DNA of 64,000 nt from Candidatus Margulisiibacteriota bacterium (GCA_041658645.1 JBAZZV010000004.1:112552-176551); one strand, 5' to 3'; positions 36,989 to 46,863 are shown, counted from the first letter of the stretch. Translations and numbers: made by a program. Notes: generated by a model from the sequence alone, not told the origin.

Positions 36989-37504
36989 ATGAAAAAGTTC
37001 GCGTTTATTTTTGCGTTGATTATTTGTGTTGCTTCGGTTTCTTTTGCGGCACCGGTTAGCAAAGCGCCGGCTAGTAAAGCGCCGGCAGCGGAAGCTGTTT
37101 CATCGTCGATGGGGATGACGGCTATCAGCCTTAACTCGCTGGTCGGATTTCCATCCCTGCGCTTTGGCATGGGCAGCTGGAGCCTGGAAGTTGGCGGAAC
37201 GATCGCTTCTCCCGCGGCCGGAACAACCAATGTTACGGTTGGCGGCAGAGCGGATATCCCGCTGAACACGATTTCCGACGAGCTGAGAACATATATGGCG
37301 CCGACACTGGTCCTGACATCAGCGGCCGGAACGTCAGTGATCACGGCCAGTTTCCTGCTGGGAGCCGAATATATGTTTGCTCCGCATCTGGCCATTTTTG
37401 CGGATCTGACAGCCTTTACCTTGACTTCGGCTGCCGGCACGACCACCTGGGGAGTGGGGACGAACTCCGCGCTGATCTACACGGGTGGACGGCTCTATTT
37501 CTAG
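36989..37504 (+). CDS. Small secreted OMP-like beta-barrel candidate
   Basis: 171 aa with RBS GGAGGTG and a signal peptide ending SFA. Sequence is Gly/Ala/Thr-rich in an alternating pattern, with C-terminal GGRLYF (terminal Phe). Confidence 0.7.
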   Translation: MKKFAFIFALIICVASVSFAAPVSKAPASKAPAAEAVSSSMGMTAISLNSLVGFPSLRFGMGSWSLEVGGTIASPAAGTTNVTVGGRADIPLNTISDELRTYMAPTLVLTSAAGTSVITASFLLGAEYMFAPHLAIFADLTAFTLTSAAGTTTWGVGTNSALIYTGGRLYF

Positions 37505-37523
37505 CATTTATCGAATTGGTTTT

Positions 37524-37600
37524 AAAAAGCCCCCCGAGCGAATGGTGAGCGAGTCCGCCTCAGGCGGACGAGTCGAACCAGAGTCGAGGGGCTTTTTGTT
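37524..37600 (+). terminator. Long nested hairpin with A-tract/T-tract (bidirectional-type intrinsic terminator)
   Basis: AAAAAGCCCC...GGGGCTTTTT encloses GTCCGCC-TCA-GGCGGAC and is followed by TTTTTGTT. Confidence 0.7.
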
Positions 37601-37657
37601 GTCTTGTTAACCGTTGGAGACTGTGTTAATATTTATCGAACAAAAGGGAGGTGAAAA

Positions 37658-38272
37658 ATGAAAAGAGTTTTAACATTTAGTTTGATCGCGATGTTGGTTT
37701 TGACGACGGCGTCCTTTGCGGCAGTGAAAAAGACCGTGAAACCGGCGGCCACCACCAAGACCGCCACGCCGGCCCCCGTCCGGGTAGAGAACCCGACCCC
37801 GGCGGATTACGGCACGACCGGCCATGTCGCCCAGAGTGGCGGCCTGGTTGTTTCGCCTAAACTCGGTTTCGGCACCGGCGGCTTGAATTCTTTCTTCCTC
37901 GGCTGTGAAGTAGCTTACCCGGTCATGCCCTCGGTTGACGTGATGGGTGAGGTTGAATATTACATGGTTTCCGGTGGTTCGATCATCACCGTGGCCGGTA
38001 ATGGAGTCTATCATTTTGCCCCGATCGCCGGGGCGCCTGGTAACTTCTATGCTGGCGGCGGGCTCCTCTACCAGTCGATCGGCGGGGTCAATGCCTCGGC
38101 TATCGGTTTCCAGGGATTCGGCGGGATGGATTACCAGCTTGCCGGTTCAGGCACGGTCTTTGGGCAGATTAAATATGCCATTGCCAATTACACGTTCTCA
38201 GTCGGCGGCATTAGCTTCAGCACTTCTTCCGGCGGTTTAGTCCTGGAAGGCGGCTATCGCTTCTATCTCTAA
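37658..38272 (+). CDS. Small secreted OMP-like beta-barrel candidate
   Basis: 204 aa with RBS GGGAGGTG and a signal peptide ending SFA. It has alternating hydrophobic beta-strand patterns and C-terminal EGGYRFYL. Confidence 0.7.
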   Translation: MKRVLTFSLIAMLVLTTASFAAVKKTVKPAATTKTATPAPVRVENPTPADYGTTGHVAQSGGLVVSPKLGFGTGGLNSFFLGCEVAYPVMPSVDVMGEVEYYMVSGGSIITVAGNGVYHFAPIAGAPGNFYAGGGLLYQSIGGVNASAIGFQGFGGMDYQLAGSGTVFGQIKYAIANYTFSVGGISFSTSSGGLVLEGGYRFYL

Positions 38273-38295
38273 ATTATCGGCCGATAATTAACAAA

Positions 38296-38325
38296 GGCTC
38301 CCCGACGCGGGGAGTCTTTTGTTTT
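38296..38325 (+). terminator. Intrinsic terminator
   Basis: GCTCCCCG-ACG-CGGGGAGT stem-loop followed by CTTTTGTTTT. Confidence 0.75.
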
Positions 38326-38392
38326 ACCCCTAACCCCTCTTCTCCCCTTCCCCCTTATTAAGGGGGAAGGGGATGGGGGATAGGGGTGAAGG
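38326..38392. repeat. GC-rich nested palindrome (CCCCTTCCCCCTTA/TAAGGGGGAAGGGG core)
   Basis: A 14-bp perfect inverted repeat is flanked by ACCCCTA / TAGGGGT outer arms. It is a relative of the nested-palindrome family. Confidence 0.75.
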
Positions 38393-38440
38393 CGCTGAGT
38401 TTTCGTTGCTTCAACTCGCAAATTATTGTAAAATTATCAG

Positions 38441-39391
38441 GTGATCATCCCGATATTTACTTTTTTCTCCGCGGCAGTCATTTCCCTGCTGGTCACTTTC
38501 CCGGTCATCTGGTTGCTCCAGGTCTGGCATCTTGGCCAGCCGGTGCGGACGGAGGGGCCAGCCAGCCATCAGGCTAAAAGCGGGACCTTGACCATGGGAG
38601 GGGTCGGCTTTGTCCTGGTCATCCTGGCCATGACCGTGGTGCTGATCGACCTCGAGCTCTATCCGCAGTATTTGGCTCTCTTCCTGCTGACCTTGGCTTT
38701 TGCGGTTATTGGCCTGGCCGATGATGCCTGTAAGGTTTTTTTCCGCCGTAATCTCGGGTTGACCTTCTGGCAGAAGATATTAGTCCAGGGTGTCGTAGCG
38801 GCAGTTTTTGCTCTGGTCATGACCTTATTGGGACAGAACCTTACTCTGGGTGGATGGTTGGGGAGGTATGGGTTTGCCAATCCTTATCTCTACCAGTTGT
38901 TGGTGATCTTCCTAGTGGTCGGTTCCGCGAACGCGACCAACTTGACTGACGGCCTGAACGGCCTGCTGGCCGGGACAGCGAGCGTCGCTTTCCTGGCTTT
39001 TGGGATACTGGCCTGGCAAATGAACTTACCCCAAGCAGTGACTTTTGCCCTGGTCTGTTCCGGCGCGGTGACGGCTTTTCTTTACTTCAATTTCCCGCAC
39101 GCCCGGGTCTTTATGGGTGATGTTGGGTCGCTCGCCCTGGGGGCGGCCCTGGCCGGGTTAGCGGTAATTATGCACGGGGAGCTCCGGCTGGCGGTGATCG
39201 GGGGGATCTTCGTCCTCGAGGCGTTATCGGTCATCATCCAGGTCGGTTCGTACAAGCTTATTAAGCGGCGGGTCTTTAAGATGAGCCCGCTCCATCATCA
39301 TTTCGAGCTGATGGGGATAAAAGAGACGACGGTCGTGGTTGGGTTTTGGGTGTTTGGGGTGATCTTAGCGATCATAGGGTTATGGATCTAA
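38441..39391 (+). CDS. mraY: Phospho-N-acetylmuramoyl-pentapeptide transferase
   Basis: 316 aa with a GTG start, and GPASHQAKSGTLTMGG, NATNLTDGLDG-like NATNLTDGLNG, MGDVGS and PLHHHFE. Confidence 0.95.
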   Translation: MIIPIFTFFSAAVISLLVTFPVIWLLQVWHLGQPVRTEGPASHQAKSGTLTMGGVGFVLVILAMTVVLIDLELYPQYLALFLLTLAFAVIGLADDACKVFFRRNLGLTFWQKILVQGVVAAVFALVMTLLGQNLTLGGWLGRYGFANPYLYQLLVIFLVVGSANATNLTDGLNGLLAGTASVAFLAFGILAWQMNLPQAVTFALVCSGAVTAFLYFNFPHARVFMGDVGSLALGAALAGLAVIMHGELRLAVIGGIFVLEALSVIIQVGSYKLIKRRVFKMSPLHHHFELMGIKETTVVVGFWVFGVILAIIGLWI

Positions 39392-40686
39392 AAGGGAAAA
39401 GGGTAACGGTCTTTGGGTTGGGGAAGAGCGGCCTGGCGGCGGTGCGGAAGTTAGCGTCACTGGGGGCCAGGGTTCTGGCAACCGAGGCCAAGCCGTCGCT
39501 CGATCCCGAGGTGACGAATGAGCTTCGCCGGCTCGGGGTTGAACTCGAGCTCGGTGGCCATACCGCCCGGAGCGTCACCGGTGCTTCGCTGATCGTGGTC
39601 AGTCCTGGTGTCCATCTCGATCTGCCGGTACTGGTTAAGGCCCGGGATATTGGGGTGCCGATCATTTCCGAACTTGAGCTGGCTTATCGTTTCCTGACCC
39701 GGCCGATCATCGCCATTACCGGGACCAACGGCAAGACGACCACGACCACGCTGATTGGCGAGATGCTGAAAGCAGCCGGGAAGAGGGTCTTTGTCGGCGG
39801 TAATATCGGCCAACCGCTGGTCGATCTGGACGATTCAGATCTTGATTATATCGTGGCCGAGGTCAGCAGTTATCAACTGGAATCAAGCGAAACCTTCCAT
39901 CCCAAGATCAGCGTTATCCTGAACATCCAGCTGGACCATATCGAGCGCCATCACACGATGGCTTCGTATATCAAGGAGAAACAAAAGATCTTCCGGAACC
40001 AGGCAGGTGACGATTATCTGGTATATAATCAGGATGACCCAGAGGTAGTTGAGATGGTACGAGGGGCGAGGTGTGAGGTACGGGGGTTCTCAAAAGCCAA
40101 GACTGGGGAAATCATCACCATCAAGCCGAGCGAGATCAAGATGCCGGGGAGGCATAATCTGGAGAACGCCCTGGCGGCCGCGCAGGCGGCTTACTTGTGC
40201 GGCGTTTCCAAGGAGATCGTGGCTGAAGTATTGCGGACCTTTCCCGGGGTCGAACATCGGATAGAGTTTACGGTTAGCCGCCGCGGGGTCGATTTTTATA
40301 ACGATTCCAAGGGGACCAACCCTGATTCGACCCTGGTGGCGATCGAGACTTTTGCCGGGAAAAAGAAGATGGTCCTGATCCTAGGTGGCCGGGACAAGGG
40401 GACCGATCTGGTCCCGCTGGTCGCGCAGATCAAGGCGTTCGTCAAAGAGGTCGTGCTGGTCGGGGAGGCTACGGAAAGATTTGCGGCTGCTCTGAACAGC
40501 GCGGGCTATACCAAAGTAGTGCGGGCCGGGTTCTCCCTGGAAGAAGCGGTCAAACTGGCTTATCGCGCCGCCTCGCCCGGGGAGATCGTTCTCTTCTCGC
40601 CGGCCGGCGCCAGTTTCGATATGTTCAATAATTATGAGGAAAGGGGTAGGGTGTTCAAGGAATTATGCCGAAAGCTAAAAGACTAG
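39382..40686 (+). CDS. murD: UDP-N-acetylmuramoylalanine--D-glutamate ligase
   Basis: I trimmed track ORF 39346 to ATG 39382 (MDLKGKRVTVFGLGKSG). Motifs are GTNGKTTT and DSKGTN. It overlaps mraY by 10 nt. Confidence 0.93.
   Translation: MDLKGKRVTVFGLGKSGLAAVRKLASLGARVLATEAKPSLDPEVTNELRRLGVELELGGHTARSVTGASLIVVSPGVHLDLPVLVKARDIGVPIISELELAYRFLTRPIIAITGTNGKTTTTTLIGEMLKAAGKRVFVGGNIGQPLVDLDDSDLDYIVAEVSSYQLESSETFHPKISVILNIQLDHIERHHTMASYIKEKQKIFRNQAGDDYLVYNQDDPEVVEMVRGARCEVRGFSKAKTGEIITIKPSEIKMPGRHNLENALAAAQAAYLCGVSKEIVAEVLRTFPGVEHRIEFTVSRRGVDFYNDSKGTNPDSTLVAIETFAGKKKMVLILGGRDKGTDLVPLVAQIKAFVKEVVLVGEATERFAAALNSAGYTKVVRAGFSLEEAVKLAYRAASPGEIVLFSPAGASFDMFNNYEERGRVFKELCRKLKD
40060..40086. repeat. Degenerate heptamer array CGAGGGG CGAGGTG TGAGGTA CGGGGG in frame in murD
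   Basis: It reads in 7-nt phase and encodes RGARCEVRG in a variable MurD loop. Confidence 0.55.
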
Positions 40687-41753
40687 ATCACCTCTTTTTA
40701 CTGGCCGTTCTTTTCCTGCTGGCGCTCGGCACGGCGATGATCCTCTCCGCCAGTCCGGTCATGGGGATGAAGTATGGTGATACCTTTTATTTCATCAAGC
40801 GGCATCTTTTTTTCCTGACCCTCGGCTTGGCGGCCATGTTCTACGGCTTGAACCTGAACTTGGATAATTTGAAAGCGAAAGCGCCGCAAATTCTGCTGAT
40901 CGCAATCGCTTTGCTGGTCGCTGTTTTTGTGCCGGGGGTCAGCCGGAAAGTGCTCGGGGCGTCACGCTGGATCGACCTCGGGATCATCTCTTTCCAGCCT
41001 TCGGAATTGATCAAATTCGCCATGGTCGTTTTTCTGGCGAAATGGCTATCGGAAAATAAAACTAACATCGGAAGCTTTACTCGCGGCTTCCTCCCCCCAC
41101 TGCTGATCTTTTCTCTGATCGCTCTCTTGATCATGAAGCAACCTGATATGGGGACCGCTTTGACCATCGGGACGACCGTCTTTGCCCTGCTCCTGCTGGC
41201 CGGGGCGTCATATCTTCATCTCGGGTCGATCGGCTTGCTCGGGATCATCGGTGTATTGGCCTTGAGCATCACCAGCCCATATCGCCTAAGGCGTTTGACC
41301 TCCTATCTTGATCCGTGGAAAGACCCGCTCGGTTCCGGTTTCCAGGTGATCCAGTCGCTCTTGGCGGTCGGGTCCGGCGGGGTGCTCGGCCTGGGCTTGG
41401 GCGCCTCGCGGCAAAAGTTTTATTACTTGCCGCAGCAATTCACCGATTTTATCTTTGCCATTCTCTGCGAAGAGCTCGGCTTGATCGGGGGTTTAAGCGT
41501 CCTGATCGCTCTGGCTGTTTTTGCCCACCGCGGTTTCCAGATCGCTCTCCAGACCAAGGACCTCTTTAAACGTTTGCTGGTCGGCGGGATCGTCTCCTGG
41601 CTGACGGTCCAGGCTTTGCTCAATATTTCGGTCGTCCTCGGCCTGGTCCCGACCACCGGCATCCCGTTGCCTTTTATCAGCTACGGGGGGACCGCGGCGA
41701 TCATCAACCTTTTTGCGGTCGGTGTTGTCCTGAACGTTTCGAGGCAACCGTGA
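40665..41753 (+). CDS. ftsW: SEDS-family cell-division protein FtsW
   Basis: 362 aa lying between murD and murG, with SFQPSELIKF, KQPDMGTAL, PQQFTDFIFAILCEELG and GIPLPFISYGGT. Confidence 0.9.
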   Translation: MPKAKRLDHLFLLAVLFLLALGTAMILSASPVMGMKYGDTFYFIKRHLFFLTLGLAAMFYGLNLNLDNLKAKAPQILLIAIALLVAVFVPGVSRKVLGASRWIDLGIISFQPSELIKFAMVVFLAKWLSENKTNIGSFTRGFLPPLLIFSLIALLIMKQPDMGTALTIGTTVFALLLLAGASYLHLGSIGLLGIIGVLALSITSPYRLRRLTSYLDPWKDPLGSGFQVIQSLLAVGSGGVLGLGLGASRQKFYYLPQQFTDFIFAILCEELGLIGGLSVLIALAVFAHRGFQIALQTKDLFKRLLVGGIVSWLTVQALLNISVVLGLVPTTGIPLPFISYGGTAAIINLFAVGVVLNVSRQP

Positions 41754-42766
41754 GCGTCCGGCGAGTCGCCATTGTCGCCGCCGGGACCGGCGGGCACATT
41801 TATCCCGGCGTAGCGGTAGCCGCGGCACTGCGGGAAAAAGACCCGGCAGTTGAGGTCCTCTTTATTGGCAGTCTGAAGGGTTTAGAAAAAGAGCTGGTGA
41901 CGAAAGCCGGCTGGCCGATCAAGCTGGTCCGGCCGCAGGTGGCCGTCGCTTTTTTCCAGGCGCTGATGATCCTCCGCTCTTTCCGGCCGCAAGCTTTATT
42001 GTCGACCGGTGGTTTGATCAGCCTGCCGGTGGTCCTGGCGGCTAAGCTCTTAGGTGTGCCGCTCTTCATCCAGGAGCAGAACGTCCTGCCTGGCGCGGCT
42101 AACCGCTTTGGCGCGAGATTGGCCAAAGAGGTCTTCCTCTCTTTCCCCGAGTCGCTCCAATATTTGCGGGGAACGGTGGCCGGCAATCCTGTCCGGCCGG
42201 AGATCATCCGGGCCGAGCGAGCTGCTGCCCGTCAAGCCCTCCACCTTACTGGCCAGAAAAAAGTTCTCCTGGTGATGGGTGGGAGCCAGGGGGCGAGGAG
42301 CATCAATCAGGTGGTCATCGATTCTTTACCCTCGATCGATGGCGAGCGTTGGGAGCTCTTTCACCTCATTGGGCCGCGGGATTTTGGCGGGCGCGAGCTG
42401 CCGGAGCGTCCCTTTTACCACCCCCTGGCTTACCTGTATAATGTAGGGGATCTCCTGGCGGCGGCCGACCTGGTCATTAGCCGGGCCGGTGCTTCGGCCA
42501 TCGCCGAATTTACCGTGCGGGGCTTGCCGATGGTCCTGGTCCCGTATCCCTATGCGGCGGATAATCATCAGGAATTGAATGCCGCTGCGGTCGAGTCAGC
42601 CGGAGCCGCGCTCGTGGTCAAGAACGAAAAACTTACTCCCGCCAGTTTTATCTCGGCCCTGGCCGACGCGGAAAGTGAATTACCCGCCATGGCGGCGGCC
42701 GCGCGGCGCCTGGGGAGGCCGGAGGCGGCCAAACTGATCGCGGAAAGGATACTTAATGGGTCTTGA
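41750..42766 (+). CDS. murG: UDP-N-acetylglucosamine--LipidI N-acetylglucosaminyltransferase
   Basis: 338 aa with a GTG start, GTGGHIYPG and a GGSQGA motif, in dcw context. Confidence 0.92.
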   Translation: MSVRRVAIVAAGTGGHIYPGVAVAAALREKDPAVEVLFIGSLKGLEKELVTKAGWPIKLVRPQVAVAFFQALMILRSFRPQALLSTGGLISLPVVLAAKLLGVPLFIQEQNVLPGAANRFGARLAKEVFLSFPESLQYLRGTVAGNPVRPEIIRAERAAARQALHLTGQKKVLLVMGGSQGARSINQVVIDSLPSIDGERWELFHLIGPRDFGGRELPERPFYHPLAYLYNVGDLLAAADLVISRAGASAIAEFTVRGLPMVLVPYPYAADNHQELNAAAVESAGAALVVKNEKLTPASFISALADAESELPAMAAAARRLGRPEAAKLIAERILNGS

Positions 42767-44138
42767 TCTCGAACGGAACAGGAATATTCACCTGGTCGGA
42801 GTAGGGGGCTGCGGCATGTCCGGCATTGCCCGCGTTTTGCACGAGATGGGCTTTAAGGTCAGCGGCTCGGACAGCAAAGAGGGGACGAATACGATGCGGC
42901 TTAAGGACCTGGGGGTCAAAGTCTACATCGGCCACGAGGCTTCCCAGGTGCGCGATGCCGATATCCTGGTCTATTCTTCCGCGGTCAATATGGAGAACCC
43001 GGAGCTGCGGGAAGCGCTGGCCAAGGGGATCAAACTGGCCCGCCGGGCGGAGGTCCTTGCTTGGATACTCGAACGTTCGGAGCACCGGATCGCCGTCGCC
43101 GGCACGCACGGCAAGACGACGACCACGGCGATGATCGCCCGGGTGCTGGAAACAGCCAAAATGAACCCGACCTACCTGATCGGTTGCGACATGGATTACG
43201 CCGACGGCAACGCCAAGTTGGGCGACGGTAATATCATCGTGGTCGAAGCGGACGAGTCCGACAGCTCGTTCCTCTATTACGAGCCGACCGTCGAAGTGAT
43301 CACGAACATCGAAGCCGACCACATGGAGCATTTTGGCAGCATGGACGAGTTGCTGGCCACGTTCGAGCGTTTTGCCGAGCGGACGGCGGAAGACGGTCTG
43401 ATCGTCATTGACGGGACCGATCAGAATAACCAGCATTTGATGGAGCGGGTCAAAAGGGACTACCTGACTTACGGGCTCGACCCGGCGATGGACTACAGTG
43501 CCGGCGAGATCAGCTACGAGAATTTCTGTTCGACCTATACGCTGTTGCGGGGCGGGGAGCCGGCGGGGGAAGTTAACCTTTCGGTCCCCGGCTGGCAGAA
43601 TGTCCTGAACAGTTTAGCGGTCTTTGCCGTGGCACAACATTACGGCCTCGAATTAGGGGTAGTGGCCAATGCTTTGAAGTCGTTCGTCGGGGCGCGGCGG
43701 CGTTTCTCGACCGTCGGCGATCAGGACGGGATCTTGGTCATCGACGATTACGCTCATCATCCGACCGAGATCAAGGCGACTTTGAGCGCGGCCCGCTCCG
43801 GCTGGCCCGGACGGCGGATCATCTGTATCTTCCAGCCGCACCGTTACACCCGGACCTTTCTCCTGCGCGATAAATTCGCCGGTGCCTTCGGCGACGCGGA
43901 CCGGACGATCATCACCGATGTCTATGCCGCTTCCGAAGCGCCTATGCCGGGAGTTTCCGGCAAGACGATCGTCGAGTTGCTGGACCCGGAGCGGACCGAG
44001 TATATCCCCAAGAAAGAATTGATCGCCGAGCACCTGGTCAAAGAACTGCGCGCCGGCGACATAATCATGACCCTGGGGGCGGGCGACATCCATACGGTCG
44101 GCAAAGAGATCCTGGCCCGCTTGAGGATGAAACCGTGA
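42756..44138 (+). CDS. murC: UDP-N-acetylmuramate--L-alanine ligase
   Basis: 460 aa with HLVGVGGCGMSGIA, GTHGKTTTT, EADESD and DDYAHHPTE. Confidence 0.95.
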   Translation: MGLDLERNRNIHLVGVGGCGMSGIARVLHEMGFKVSGSDSKEGTNTMRLKDLGVKVYIGHEASQVRDADILVYSSAVNMENPELREALAKGIKLARRAEVLAWILERSEHRIAVAGTHGKTTTTAMIARVLETAKMNPTYLIGCDMDYADGNAKLGDGNIIVVEADESDSSFLYYEPTVEVITNIEADHMEHFGSMDELLATFERFAERTAEDGLIVIDGTDQNNQHLMERVKRDYLTYGLDPAMDYSAGEISYENFCSTYTLLRGGEPAGEVNLSVPGWQNVLNSLAVFAVAQHYGLELGVVANALKSFVGARRRFSTVGDQDGILVIDDYAHHPTEIKATLSAARSGWPGRRIICIFQPHRYTRTFLLRDKFAGAFGDADRTIITDVYAASEAPMPGVSGKTIVELLDPERTEYIPKKELIAEHLVKELRAGDIIMTLGAGDIHTVGKEILARLRMKP

Positions 44139-45001
44139 GACTGATCAGGAACGAACCGCTGAAAAAACATACCTCCTTCCGGGTCGGCGGCCCGGCCGAT
44201 TATTTTTGCGTCCCGGAAAATGCCGAGCAGCTTCGCGCGGCCCTCCATTTTGCCCGCGAGCGGCGTCTGCCGGTAGCGGTCATGGGGGCGGGTACCAATC
44301 TCCTCGCGCTCGACCGAGGGTTCCGCGGCCTGGTCGTCAAGCTCGGTGGTGGGCTGGTGGGGATGAAAGCCAAGGGGCGTTATCTTTACGTCGGCAGCGG
44401 GGTCCCGCTCCCCAAATTGGTCCATTATGCCGTCGGGAAAGGGCTGGCCGGTCTCGAGTTCCTGGCCGGCATACCTGGTTCGGTCGGCGGGGCGGTGGCG
44501 ATGAACGCCGGCGCTTGGCAAAAGTCGATCGGCGCGGTCATCTCGCGGGTCAAAGTCCTCGACGCCCGCGGGCAGGAAAAGGTCTTGAGCAAAAAAGCGC
44601 TCCATTTCTCTTATCGCCGCAGCGTCCTGCAACGCCGTAAATTGATCGTGACCGAGGTCGTCTTGCGCCTCCGCCGGGGGAAGCGGCCGGTCATGAAAAA
44701 GAAGGTCCAGGAATATCTCAAACTGCGTGCTCATCGCCAGCCGCTCGGCAGTCCCAATGCCGGCAGCGTCTTTAAAAACCCGCCGCGTAAATTCGCCGGC
44801 CAATTGATCGAGGCGGCCGGCTGTAAAGGGTGGCGGGTCGGTGACGCCCAGGTCTCGAACAAGCACGCCAACTTTATCGTTAATTTAGGCGAGGCTAAAG
44901 CGGCCGATATTATCAAGCTCATGACTAAAGTTCAGAAAGCGGTAAAAAGGCGGCTTGAGCCGGAGATAAAGATCATGGTAAAATCAAATTATGGTTACTA
45001 A
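44135..45001 (+). CDS. murB: UDP-N-acetylenolpyruvoylglucosamine reductase
   Basis: 288 aa with a GTG start, plus GGPADYF, GAGTNLL, GIPGSVGGAVAMNAGA and GSVFKNP. Confidence 0.93.
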   Translation: MRLIRNEPLKKHTSFRVGGPADYFCVPENAEQLRAALHFARERRLPVAVMGAGTNLLALDRGFRGLVVKLGGGLVGMKAKGRYLYVGSGVPLPKLVHYAVGKGLAGLEFLAGIPGSVGGAVAMNAGAWQKSIGAVISRVKVLDARGQEKVLSKKALHFSYRRSVLQRRKLIVTEVVLRLRRGKRPVMKKKVQEYLKLRAHRQPLGSPNAGSVFKNPPRKFAGQLIEAAGCKGWRVGDAQVSNKHANFIVNLGEAKAADIIKLMTKVQKAVKRRLEPEIKIMVKSNYGY

Positions 45002-45836
45002 AGAAAAGATCAAAGAATTACAGGCGCAAGCCGTTAAACTCCGCCGCCACATCATTGAGATGACCTGCGCGGCCGCTTCGGGCCATCCCGGCGGCTCGTT
45101 GTCGGCGGCTGACATCGTGGCCGCCCTCTATTTTTCCGTGCTAAAACATCGGCCCAAAGAGCCGGCCTGGGCCGACCGTGACCGCTTTGTCATGAGCAAG
45201 GGGCACGCGGCGCCGGTCCTCTATGCCGCGCTGGCCGAAGCCGGTTATTTCCCGGTCGATTACCTCAAGACCTTGCGCCGGATCGGCAGTTCCCTGCAGG
45301 GGCACGTTGACATGCTTTCCTTGCCGGGGATCGAGATGTCGACCGGTTCGCTGGGCCAGGGTTTATCGGCGGCCAACGGGATGGCGCTGGCCGGGCGCCT
45401 CGATAAAAAAGCTGGCCGCGTTTATTGCCTGATGGGCGACGGCGAATGCCAGGAAGGACAGGTCTGGGAAGCGGCCATGACCTCGGCCCATTACAAGCTG
45501 GACAATCTGACGGCGATCATTGACCACAATAAATACCAGATCGACGGGCGGATCGAGGATATCAAAAATCTGGCGCCGCTGGCCGACAAGTGGCGCGCTT
45601 TCGGCTGGAACGTCTTGACGGCCGACGGCCATGATTTCGGATCGATCCTGGAAGCGCTGGCCCGGGCCGAACAGGCCAAAGGTAAACCAACGATGATCGT
45701 TGCCGACACGGTTAAGGGAAAAGGGGTCAGCTTTATGGAAGCGAAGCCGCTCGATTATCACGGCAAAGCGCCGACGAAGGACGAAGAGAAAAAAGCGATC
45801 TGTGAGATCTGCCAGATTAAAGAATTTGAAATATGA
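44991..45836 (+). CDS. Transketolase, N-terminal (TPP-binding) subunit
   Basis: 281 aa with SGHPGGSLS, DRFVMSKGHA, GSLGQGLS and GDGECQEGQVWEA. Confidence 0.93.
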   Translation: MVTKEKIKELQAQAVKLRRHIIEMTCAAASGHPGGSLSAADIVAALYFSVLKHRPKEPAWADRDRFVMSKGHAAPVLYAALAEAGYFPVDYLKTLRRIGSSLQGHVDMLSLPGIEMSTGSLGQGLSAANGMALAGRLDKKAGRVYCLMGDGECQEGQVWEAAMTSAHYKLDNLTAIIDHNKYQIDGRIEDIKNLAPLADKWRAFGWNVLTADGHDFGSILEALARAEQAKGKPTMIVADTVKGKGVSFMEAKPLDYHGKAPTKDEEKKAICEICQIKEFEI

Positions 45837-46783
45837 ACGAACCTAAAATGCTCGCAACCCGTGATGTCTATGGCCAAGTCCTCGTTGAACTGGGGAAGAG
45901 CAACCAGAACATTGTGGTCCTTGATGCCGACCTCTCATGTTCGACCAAGACCGCCGGATTTGCCAAGGCTTTTCCGGAGCGCTTTTTCAATATGGGGATC
46001 GCCGAGCAGGATATGATCGGCACTGCCGCCGGCTTGGCTGCCGCCGGTAAGATCGCCTTTGCTTCGACCTTTGCTGTCTTTGCTTCCGGCCGGGCCTGGG
46101 ACCAGATCAGGATGTCGGTCGCTTACACCCGATTGAACGTCAAAGTCGTGGTCACTCACGCCGGCATTACGACCGGTGAGGACGGGGCTTCCCACCAGGC
46201 GAACGAAGATATCGCTATTATGCGCGCCTTGCCAAATATGACAGTTGTGGTCCCGGCGGATGGGGTGGAGACGGAGAAAGTTATCAAGGCGGCGGTTGAA
46301 TTCAACGGCCCGATGTATATCCGTTTGAGCCGGCCCAAGACCAAAGTCATCTACGACAACCCGAATTATGATTATCAGATCGGACGAGGGGTCGTCATGC
46401 GGGAAGGACGGGACGCGACCATAGTTGCCTGCGGCCTGATGGTCGGGGTTTCACTGTCAGCGGCCGAACTCCTGGCCAAGGAAGGGCTCAATGTCCGGGT
46501 AGTTAATATGCATACGATCAAGCCGCTCGATGTTCCCCTGATCATCAAATGCGCCGCAGAGACCGGGGCGATCGTCACGGCCGAAGAACATTCGATCATC
46601 GGCGGGTTGGGCGGGGCGGTGGCCGAGGTCCTGGTCGAGAACGCGCTGGTGCCGATGGCCCGGGTTGGGTTGCGCGATACTTTTGGCGAGTCCGGCCAGC
46701 CGGACGAATTGCTGGTCAAATACGGTTTAACGGAGAAAGAGGTCGCCGCGGCGGTCCGGGTTGTTGTTGGGAGAAAAAAGTGA
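45833..46783 (+). CDS. Transketolase, C-terminal (pyrimidine-binding) subunit
   Basis: 316 aa with FNMGIAEQDM, THAGITTGEDGASHQ and the C-terminal domain. Confidence 0.93.
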   Translation: MNEPKMLATRDVYGQVLVELGKSNQNIVVLDADLSCSTKTAGFAKAFPERFFNMGIAEQDMIGTAAGLAAAGKIAFASTFAVFASGRAWDQIRMSVAYTRLNVKVVVTHAGITTGEDGASHQANEDIAIMRALPNMTVVVPADGVETEKVIKAAVEFNGPMYIRLSRPKTKVIYDNPNYDYQIGRGVVMREGRDATIVACGLMVGVSLSAAELLAKEGLNVRVVNMHTIKPLDVPLIIKCAAETGAIVTAEEHSIIGGLGGAVAEVLVENALVPMARVGLRDTFGESGQPDELLVKYGLTEKEVAAAVRVVVGRKK

Positions 46784-46800
46784 CGGCGGTAGGGTATTCG

Positions 46801-46855
46801 CAGCCCTCACCCTAGACGAGTTGAGCTTGTGCCCCCTCTCCCAGAGGGAGAGGGG
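46801..46855. repeat. Left half of nested-palindrome element (arm CAGCCCTCACCC + hairpin CCCCTCTCCC/GGGAGAGGGG)
   Basis: It matches the left halves of 29490..29650 and 32306..32427. It is followed 8 nt later by double-hairpin copy 2. Confidence 0.85.
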
Positions 46856-46863
46856 TAAAAAAA

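Noticed and set aside
36733-37446. 237-aa minus-strand ORF opposite the membrane protein and OMP-like genes.
   Set aside because: The plus-strand ORFs have RBSs, signal peptides and terminators. The minus ORF spans an intergenic region and has no start context.
43922-44866. 314-aa minus-strand ORF, plus similar ORFs at 42753..43436 and 31528..32151.
   Set aside because: They are antisense to murC/murB and rodA, with no motifs and shadow-ORF composition.
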